NCBI GenBank assembly: GCA_043228905.1 | Contig: JBHGNT010000013.1 | Span: forward strand, 6,634,001-6,698,000 | Reading direction: 5' to 3' | Length of the DNA stretch: 64,000 nt | Source: Azolla caroliniana | Lineage: Eukaryota; Plantae; Polypodiophyta | Shown here: positions 11,380 to 20,933 of the stretch, piece after piece | Layout of the letters: each line of letters begins with the position of its first letter | Position numbering within the stretch: the first letter of the stretch is position 1 | Notes under the pieces: generated by a model | Databases searched by the model: none | What the model was told of the DNA's origin: nothing | Seen by the model: only the letters and a program-made list of their open reading frames with translations | Made by a program: the position numbers and the translations under genes

Positions 11380-12584
11380 GGATGGAGTACCCGAGCTCAG
11401 GCAAGCATCAACGAAAGTACGGAAAAGCTATGGAAGGAGTGGTCACAACAGGCAGCGGAGCTGCAGACACTCTGAGCGGATGCCGAGAATCGGAGGAAGA
11501 CCGGTGACAAGTTCTACAAGATGGATGAAGAAAGTATCGTCACCATTCGGGAAGAATTGTCGGAGGATTTCTACACTTTAGCAGAGGAACACCTCAAAGA
11601 AATCCGAGGGTTGGTAGAGAGGTTGGATGACGGGCAGCTCGCAACTCAGTTGGAGTTGGAGAGATACGAGCAGGACCGGTTACGACAGGAAGCTAAGGGA
11701 AGAACGACGCCAATCACGATAAGTGAGGGAGAGCGACCGGCTGAAGATGAACCAACCGACACCGAACAACCCCGACGAGGAATACCCGAAGACGAACTTG
11801 AAGAAGAGCAGGAGCAGACCGATGCCGGAGAAGAAGAAGAGCTGAGACCGGAAGACACCAGAGCAGAGGAAGGAGGCATATCGAGTCGACCAGTCGAGAT
11901 CGGAGAAAGCGACACCGGTAACAGAACAGAGCCAAGAACGGCGGGAGAACAGGAAGAACCCGGACGAAGCGGTGAGGAAGCACCGACACCACAGAATCAA
12001 GCAGAGCCGGAGCAACAAATTTTTACAGAACAACCTACCCAACCGGAGGTCGGAGACCAGGCAGGCAAGGAACAGGAACAGGAGGAAGAAGCACCACTTG
12101 ACACCATCGAGCAAAGTGTGCTCGATATTTTGGAGGAAGACTGAGGCCGGGAGTGGATTCGAAGTGCAAGGCACTTTCCCACGGGCGTGCCATGTGTTGG
12201 CCGGTCAGAAGAGCAAGGACAAGTGGGAAGGCGGAATCGGATCGGATAATAGGAAGTAAATAATAGTAGAATTATTATTCGGAGGGACGGATCCGGTACA
12301 GTTGTACCGATCCGGATCCGGACCGATTCGGATGTCGGTTGCCTAAGCGCACCGATTGTAACCTTGCCGGATGCCTATAAAAGGATCTGATGATTTGTAA
12401 AGTTTTTGGACGGAAGTAATACAATAGTAATTATTGCGTGTTTATCTGTATCTCGTATTGTTTACCGTTTGTGCTTAATTGTAATCATCTTACGCGTGTA
12501 ACCTAGCATCCAATCCTTACCACACCTTTGTAGAAGTGTCGGATAGACACCTGTGTTGAGGCTAGTCCGGCCAGACAGGCAACA
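11380..12584 (+). mobile_element. Gypsy G2 fragment (G1-related): end of extra ORF (to 12144), tRNA-like motif 12153-12192, 3' LTR 12195-12584
   Basis: IREELSEDF..LDDGQLATQL and EQSVLDILEED* match the G1 extra ORF; LTR end (acacctttg..gaagtgtc..tagacacc.tgtgtt..gtccggcc..aaca) aligns to the G1 LTR. Confidence 0.85.
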
Positions 12585-12647
12585 CGATCTACCCGCCAAA
12601 AGAATCCTGTTTTGCGGTTCGGATACAATGAGTACATGGCGAATCAT

Positions 12648-13079
12648 TTAACTCTTCGGGCCGGACAATGGCCTAACACAGGGTGTCTACGTGAGACACT
12701 TCACCAAAGGGTGTTACGGCAACCGGATTAGACTTCAACGCTTAATCCGACTTAGTTAAGTTACTTATTAGGATCGTCTTTCATAACACGTGTAAGATAT
12801 AACAATTAAGACAGAACGGCAATTAACACAGAGAGATAACAACGCTTAAGCTTTCATTAATTAACCGCTAACTATTACATTGTATCCGGGCCTTTAAATA
12901 GGTTTCCGGTCTGTATTACAAAACGGTGCCATCCGCACCTGTTCGGGATCGGTCCGGATCTGGAACGGCATACCGATTCCAGTCCATCCGTCCACACTCA
13001 TAGCTTAATTACAACCACATTCCTACTACTTAATTAGCTCTCCGTTTCCCACTCTGGACTCCTTTGCCGGCCGGTAACA
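12648..13079 (-). repeat. G1 3' LTR (last 4 bp missing)
   Basis: Matches 27400-27831 with 2 substitutions seen by eye. Confidence 0.96.
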
Positions 13080-13081
13080 CA

Positions 13082-13121
13082 TGGCACGCCCGTGGGACAG
13101 TACCTTGTACGTCGAATCCAC
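13082..13121 (-). promoter_or_regulatory. tRNA-3'-end-like hairpin motif at the PPT position of G1 (reads as PBS TGGCACGCCCGTGGGAC on the + strand)
   Basis: GTGGATTCGACGTACAAGGTACTGTCCCACGGGCGTGCCA then TG then LTR; homologues at 12153-12192 and 53543-53582. Confidence 0.85.
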
Positions 13122-13133
13122 AACCGACCCTTG

Positions 13134-15909
13134 CTATTCTTCGTCCAAAATGTCCAGAATGCTTTGTTCGAGAGGCTCCAATGGTTCATCTAGAAGTGGT
13201 TGTTGTTGTTGTTGTTGTTGCTGCTCTATTGCTGTCTGCTGCGGCGGGTCCGTTGGTGGTTGCTGCGGCTGCTCCTCCGTTTGTGGCTCTGACACCGGCG
13301 TCTTCGTCGTTGCTCCCTGTGTCGTAGTGGTCTCCGGTTGACTGGTTCCCGGCAGGCCCTCAGCCGGCGACGGTTCCTCATCACTAAGGTTAACCGTTGT
13401 CGCTTCCTGTGCTTTTTCTTCCCGTACCCGGGACTGCTCGTAGCTTTCAAACTAGATTTGAGCGTCCAGCCTATCATCGTCTAGCTGAGCTACGAGCTGC
13501 CTGACCTGCGCCAGCTGTTCATCTGCCAGGACTTGGAAGTCGTTGGCCAGCTCGTCCCGTATGGCGGTGAAGTCCTCGGAAGTCAACGTATAACAGTCAT
13601 CTCCTTCCTTCCGCCGGTTTGCCACATCCGCCCGTAGCAACTGGAGTTCCGCCGCGTTTTGTGCCCACTTTGTCCACCATTTTACGGAGCTTTCATCAAT
13701 CAAGTGTTTCGTCTGATTCAGTCATGCCCGGAGGATAGACTGAATCCGACTCGTTCCCAATTGCGATTTGGTTTTCGCCGCTTGCCGTTCCTCCTTCAGT
13801 TGTTTGATGATTTTGACGTTGTCCTCCGCCTGCGCCTTGTAATGCGTCAATTGCCTTTGATATGTACTTTGTAATTTCTGCCATACTGTTGACGCTCTCT
13901 CTTTGTCTTCCTGCTGCTGCCTCTGGAGCTCCATCCGGACCTTCTCCGCCTCTTCCAAGCGTCTTGTATTTTCTGCCCGTTCGTCGGCGATCGCCGTCGC
14001 GGCCCGATCAACTGCCTGCTGGAGCTCGGCCATCCGTTCTTTATGCTCCGTTTCCAGCCGTTTGTAGTCCCGGTGCAGGTGCTCAAAATCATCCATCTTT
14101 TGCTTGAGCCGTGCGTTGATCTGACGACGGGCCCGGTCCTCGCGGTCCTTCTGTTGGCGGAGCTCTTCCTTTAGCAGTTCAATCTCTGTTTCCGCCATTT
14201 TCCGCAACTTGTCCTTTTCCTACAGCACTTTGTCTTTCTCCTCCTTTAGCCGGTCGTACGCTTGATGGCCTTTCTGGAGGCTCTCCTCTGCCCGACGGAG
14301 GTTCTCAGCAGTCTTTCTTTAATTCGGCTTCGGTCGGCGTCTTCAATTCTCGTTCATGGCTCCTTAGCGCTTCTTGTGCGGCAAGTTCCTCTCTCAATTC
14401 CGCAAGCTCCCGAGCTTGCGCCGCATCTCTCGCCGGAACGGTTTCCGTTGCCGGGGTCTTATTGCTATGTACAGGTCGTTCCGTTTCTTTATTCTGTACA
14501 CTTACCGGAGTCATCGGTGATTGGATCCGTATTTTGGCCATCTCTGTCGTGACCTGATCCAAATCTTTTTCAAGGCACCGGATTCTGGACCGGGCCGTCT
14601 CTAGTTCTTCGGTTGTGACGAGCAACCGTTCGCTTTGCGCTCTTTCTTCCGCCTCTATATACCCCACTGCTTCGGCTATTTGTTCGCCTATCCACCGGAG
14701 CCACAGGCTACCGGTGCCTTGTTGTGCTTGCACGGAGGTTTGATAGATGGGCTCACTTGTAGAGGGGTGGTCCCGCCTGGTTGCGCCGAGTTGCAGTTCC
14801 TTTTCTGCCCGTGGACCATCCTGTTGTCCTGGTTCCCGTTGCGCTTCTTCTTGGCTGACCGAGGGAGGCTACAGTGACCTTTCCGGCTCTAGCAGGATGG
14901 GACTTGCCGGTGTTGCCGGTGGTGCCGGGGCTTCTGTTTCTGGTGCCATCTGCACCGGTTCCGGTTCCTTCCTTGGCGTGGGAGTCTCAGTCTGGGGAGC
15001 CGGTGTTCCCTCCGTCTGAGGGTCCGAACGTTTCCCGGCTGTCTCAACGATCCTTGCCGACGACCATCGCTGGAGGTGCTTTGTAGGCTCCTCCTCTATT
15101 TCCTCCTCCTGAGCTCCGGCATTGAGCTTTGCCGCCAAGGGGTCCACTTCTCGATTCACCGGTCAGCGGAGTGTGACCTTTACGGGCCGTGCCGGTGGTT
15201 CCTCCTGCGCCTCCGTTGGGCGCTTCCGGCTTCCGCTTCCTGCTGCTGCCTGTTCTGCATCCACCGCCTTTCCCTTACTGGCCTTAGAGGCCAACAACTG
15301 TTGCCGTTTGGAAGCCATCCTTGGGGTGCCGTCCGGCACTCTTCCTCGCTTCTTGGGCTGGACGGTCTGAACGGGTGGCACCAGCAAGGTGAGCCACTGC
15401 GTTACGGCGTGCCATATCCTTCGTCCGTCTCGGCCTTCTTTGCCGTCTTTGCCTCTGACGATCTCGATCGCCGCACACAACCCGTCTGCAATCAATACCG
15501 GCCAATCCACCTTGATCCCTTCATAGGTGGCGATGATCATCCCTGCCCGGTTCTGCGGCATGACAGGGGTTCTAGGGTACACGTGGCCGTACTCATGGAG
15601 CACACGAGCAATTTCGCAGAACAGCATATCCCCGCTGCCCTGTGTCCGATAGCCCTTGCTGGCTAGAGAGTACTCACCAAAATACCTGATGAGTTGCTCC
15701 GGGGTTGGATTGTCGATCGTGAGTATGCCTCCCTCCGGAAGGCCTGTTAATGTTCGAATCGCCTCTGCCGTTATGACCTCTGTATCGATTTCCTTGATCA
15801 CTTTGTCGGCTTCTTTGTGTGGCGGTACTTCCATCATCATCAAGAAGCCCTCGAGCCCGTGTTGCTTCAGCCATGTCTTGGCGGCTTCCGACAACGTTTG
15901 CGGGTCCAT
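13134..15909 (-). pseudogene. G1 3' extra ORF (~920 codons, disrupted): globular N-terminus, Pro/Glu linker, coiled coil, acidic tail
   Basis: Successive minus-strand ORF pieces 15163-16131, 14869-15159, 14305-14733, 13722-14207, 13452-13703, ending LEQSILDILDEE*. Confidence 0.75.
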
Positions 15910-16291
15910 CTCTGTGTCGGCGTCGGATTGCGGTGGCGAGGATGGATGGTGATGAGAGTGGGGTTGAGAAAGAGAGAGTTCAGAAGGCAGGGGTTCTTTG
16001 TGTGCAGGTTCTCGTCTGATGATCTTGCAGCGTTTCGGTGCTTCTGTGCTCCTGGGTTCGCGAAAGTAGAGGGTCTCTACGCGCAATGGTTTTTGTCTGT
16101 GCATTCTGGCGCCTTTTTCGAGTTTGTGCATGTCGCATACTTAAAATAGCATTATGTCCTGTGGTGGCGCTTTAAATGCCCACTACGTACCTTTTCGCTC
16201 CATGCTCTTTCCTCCATTCATTCCTCGCTTTTGCATGATTGTTTTTTTTTTTTTTTTTTTCTTTTCAGTTATTATTATTCTTAGTGTGACG

Positions 16292-19200
16292 TCACATGTC
16301 CGTTGGTCCTCCCGGACCCTTACCGGCCTCATTCTCTCCGGTTCCCGGCTTGCCGTCTCTGCTGTCTTGGTGGTTGTCGTCTCTGCCGTCTTGGTGGTTG
16401 CCGTTGGTCCTTTGCTCAAATGGGTTCTTAGGCATCGGTCCTCTATATGCCTTTAACCGGAATCCGTTGACCCATTTGCCCAGCACTTCGCCGGCAAGTG
16501 TCCCCAACTGGTAGGACCCATTATACTCCCGTGTTAGCCAATATGGTCCGGTCCATCTAAACCTTAGTTTACCCGGCATCTTGCCCATCCGGGTTTGGAA
16601 TACTAACACTGGTTTGCCGATTGCGAACATTTTTTCGTTACCTTTCCTGTGCCGGTTGACGAATGCTTTCCGTCGCCGTTGCTCCAATTCTAAATGTAGG
16701 ATGCTGGCCAACCGTTGTTCCTCCAGCTCACACAGCGCTGTCAACCTTATTGTCTCCGACTCCTTCTCGTTCAGCCGTTCTCGTAGCTGGATCCGTAAGC
16801 TAGGTACTTGAAATTCTACCGGCATGAGCGCCTCGAGTTCGAACGCCAACCGGAACGATGTTGTTCGGATGCTCGTTTTGTATGCCGTCCGGTATGCCCA
16901 AAGCGCGCTATGTAGCTTTGTGTCCCAATCCGTCCGGTTCTCGTTGACGATCTTCCGAAGGATGTTCTGGAGCGTCTTGTTTGTTGATTCCGCTAATCCG
17001 TTCGCCTGTGGATAGTAAGGTGTGCTTCGTTTGTGGACCACGGCATAGAAGGTCATTAGGCTTTCCACTACTTGTCCGAGAAAGTGCCCCCCTTGGTCAC
17101 TTATCAATTCAATGGGGCATCCGTAACGGCACCAGATGTACTCATATAGAAACTTTGCCGTTGACGCAGCGGTGTTATCCCGTACAGCTTTGGCCTCCAC
17201 CCATTTCGTGCAGTAATCCGTAGCAACGATAACGTACCGATTACTCGTTCTCATTGCCGGTGGCTTGAACGGTCCTACAAAGTCCAGTCCCCACTTTTGG
17301 AATGGCTCGAGTGGTAGTACCGGCTGGTGTGGCATACGAGCCTGCTCCGTTGGCTGGCCCATTCTCTGGCATAGGTCACATTCTTTTGCGTACCGTACCG
17401 CATCTCTTAATGTCGTTGGCCACCATAGGCCACTTTGCCATATTTTTCTGGCTGTCGCATCTCCGGCATAGTGACCTCCGGCAACTCCGCAATGGGCTTC
17501 CCTCAGTATCAGTTCCTTTTCATCGCTGCGCACCGCCCGTCTCCATATGCTATCAGCGCCCTTGTGGTACAGTGTGTCTTGCAGTAAGCAGAAATGTCGG
17601 CTTTGTACCGCCAGGCGTTTCCGTTCGTCCTGGTTCAGCTCTTCCGGAGGCAGTCCTGTGCTCAGAAACTGGTGCATATTTGTGAGCCACTTGTCTTCTT
17701 GGGCCACTGTCTCATCTGCTGCCGTCTCCGTAGTGACTCGAAACAGCTCCGCATCCGGAAACTCATCCGGTACTCCGTCACCCGTCTCTCCGGACTCCAA
17801 TCGGCTTAAGTAATCCGCTACGGCATGCTGTATACCGGGTCGGTGGAATATTTCAAACTTGAACTCCTGTAACAATAAGGTCCATCGGGCCAATTTGCCG
17901 GTGAGTGACGCCTTGGACACCAGGTAAAGGAGTGTCGAATGATCTACATGGAAGGAAAACTTCCTTCCCAATAAATAGTGCCGAAACTTTGTCACACTGT
18001 AGATCATTCCTAGAGCTTCCCGTTCCGTAGTAGAGTAGTTCCGTTCTGCTTGGGATAGCTTTCGGCTGGCATAGTACACTGGCTGGTACCACTTTGGTTC
18101 CGTAAGCTGCATCAGTACGCTTCCGATTGCGATGTCGGAGGCGTCCACGAACACGTGAAATTCTTTACTCCAATCTGGAGGTTGTACTACCGGTGCCTGC
18201 GACAATATTACCTTGAGGGCCTTATACGCCCTATCCTCAGTATTGGTCCACTGGAATGGTGTCCGATGTACGGCGGCATGCAACGGTGTAGCCAGGTCGG
18301 CCAAGTATCGGAGCATCCGGCTGTGCCACCGGATCTGGCCTAAGAACCGGCTTAATGCCTTTGCCATTGCCGGCGCCGGTGCTTCGAATATGGCTTTCAC
18401 TTTGTCCGGGTCGACTGCAATACCTTCCTGGCTCATGATATGTCCTAATAAAGTTCCACTGGACACGCCAAATACACACTTTGCCGGATTCAAGCTTAGC
18501 CGGTACGCTCTACACTTTTCTAGACAAAGACGGAGGTGCTGAAAATGGTCCTCCTCCCGGCCATAGACGACTACGATCGGGCTTAGCCATGTCGCTTTCT
18601 TTACCGGACGGATAAAGCCAACTCTTAGCAGTTTGTCGATTTCTTCCTTGACCTTGGCAGCATAATTGGGATTCATCCGGTACCGTCTTTGTGCCACTGG
18701 TTTTGCGTACTTGCTCAAGTGCACTTGATGCTGGTATAACTGAGGGTCGAGTCCTCGCATGTCTTCGTATGACCAGGCGAATACGTCGCGAAATTCCGTG
18801 AGAGGTGTTATCATCGTTGTTTTGTCTCCGGACTTCATCTCCTTGGCGATGTGCACCGGTTTTGCTTCGTCCGTGGTGCCTAAATTCACCTCTTCTAGTT
18901 GCGATGCTTTTACGCGCTATGAAACGGCCATTTCCCGTTCCAACGCTTCCTGCGCTTGCCGTAACTCCCGGATTGCGTCTTTATCCGGTTCTGCTTCCGC
19001 CTCTTCCGGTTGCGGTAAGTACGGTGCTACGGCTTCGGCAATGTCAATTTCAAAGAGGGGTATGATCTTCGGGTTTTCCTGCAGGTATTGAGCTTCTTCT
19101 TCGTCCGCTAACCCTTCGAGCATGTTGACGCATTCTGCATACAACGGTGTACATTCCTTGCCAGTGCTCGTCCTTGGCTATGTTGGTACCCGTACCTTGG

Positions 19201-20634
19201 CTTTTCCTCGCCGGAAGGTAATTATATTTTTTCGCCAATTTTGTTTGATATGTGCCATTTTCAACCATGGCCGCCCCATCAATAGCGGGTATGCGCCTTG
19301 TGCCTGTAATTGTAGCACTACGGCCGAGATGTGAAATGTATGCCCGCCGACGGTGACTTCTAATTTCCGTATTAATCCTGTCGGCCGCACTGAGCTTGTA
19401 TCGGCCATCCGCAACCAGAACGGACACGGCTCCCACTCGTGGATTCCTAGGTCATCACACGTCCGGAGGCTTATTACATTTACCCCAGAGCCTCCGTCTA
19501 TAACTGTGCCGGGGAGTTCTTTCCCTTTTACAATGGCAGTGATTACCGGACTGTTGGTGTCTACCACTGTTGGTCCCTCCTCCGGATTCGAGAAGAGTAC
19601 CGATGCCGGTGATGGTTCTCCTGCCGTCATGGCCGTCTTCAGTCCTTCCGTGAATCTAGGCACGAGTTGTAGGAGTCTTCCTAGTGGTAACGTAATCTGG
19701 CATTCTTGCAACGCCTGCCATGTCTCGTTCTCGGAGTGACTACCGCCGGCAAGCCCTGCGGTGTTCTCCTTTTGCTGTTGTAAGTCTGTGACATTCTGCT
19801 CCTTTGCTTTCTTTACCCATTCCGTTGCTTGTTTGCGGATGGTCTCCTGTGTCTCCCATTCTTTGGCCATGCCCTTCGACCTTGTGGTCACCTGCTGCAG
19901 GTCTGCTACCTCAGGGACTACCATATTTACCGCCGGTCGTTTTTCATAGCTCTTCACCGGGCATTGGTTACTATAATGGCCTTCCTGTCGGCAGTAGTAG
20001 CAGTAGGCTTTCCGGGCATTGCTAGATTCGGCCTTGTCTGTTGTACCCGAGGCAGGTCCTACGGTACGCGTGGGGTTTTGTACCGGTTGGTTACTTGGAG
20101 CGCCTTGTTCCGGATCCCGGGGGTAGCCGCCTTTTTTGAAATGCCGTTTTTTGTTAAAGCTCTTCTTATTATGGTACTCTTGATGGGGTTGCCCGTTATA
20201 TCTGCCGTATTCCTCCCGTTGCTGACGATACCCGGGGGAGTGCTCCCGGTCGTACTGTTTGTATCGTCTATTGTAATCCTGGTACCGATCATGCCGGTCA
20301 TAGTTATATCTCGCCGATCACCGTACCGGACATCATTTTCCCATTGCTCGCCATACCAGACATCATTTTCCCGTCGCTCGCCATACCGGACATCCTGTGC
20401 CGGTCGGTCACGGTCCATTCGCCGCCAGCGTTCGTCTTCTTCATCCCGGCTGCTACGTGGCTCAATTTGTCGGATGGGCCGTGCTTGCCGAGTCAACAGA
20501 TTATACTCGCACCTATCCGTCATATGGCTCTTGGATTGACAGATTACACATTGCGTCCTCATAGTGCATTCTAGAGCCGAGTGTCCGAAATTCAAGCAGG
20601 TTGTGCACTGTATTGCTTGCCGAAACCGGAGGTC
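16292..20634 (-). pseudogene. G1 gag C-terminus, protease, RT (catalytic core deleted), RNase H, integrase
   Basis: CCHC knuckles, VIDGGSGVN, WLSPIVVV fused to YGREEDH, FVDASD..TEREAL..VDH, HCGVAGGH..CDLC, WGLDF/SDQG/NGLAE; premature stops near 19178 and 18917. Confidence 0.93.
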
Positions 20635-20898
20635 TGTTGAAAAACAGTGCTCGGCCACAACCGAGGAATAGGATCAACTCACAGAAAACGGGAAATACAA
20701 AGTGCACGGGGACAATAGAGAGAAAGGTACACTGGATATTTTACGTGGAAAACCCTAAATGGGAAAAACCACGGGAGTCCTCAAACTCCAACTATCACTA
20801 TGAACAGGGATGTACACTGGTGAAGCTACAACGCAACAACCTTGAGCTCACTGTCTTCGCCACAGGCGGCGGTAATACACAGAGGCAACGACCTCTTC

Positions 20899-20933
<35 letters not shown>

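Noticed and set aside
12637-12646. TGGCGAATCA as a PBS after the G2 LTR
   Set aside because: It is Copia C coding sequence (YMANH); the G2 LTR ends at 12584.
13082-13160. Complete tRNA-Arg gene next to the G1 LTR
   Set aside because: Only 3'-half-like sequence; upstream bases encode the extra ORF end, with no D or anticodon arm.
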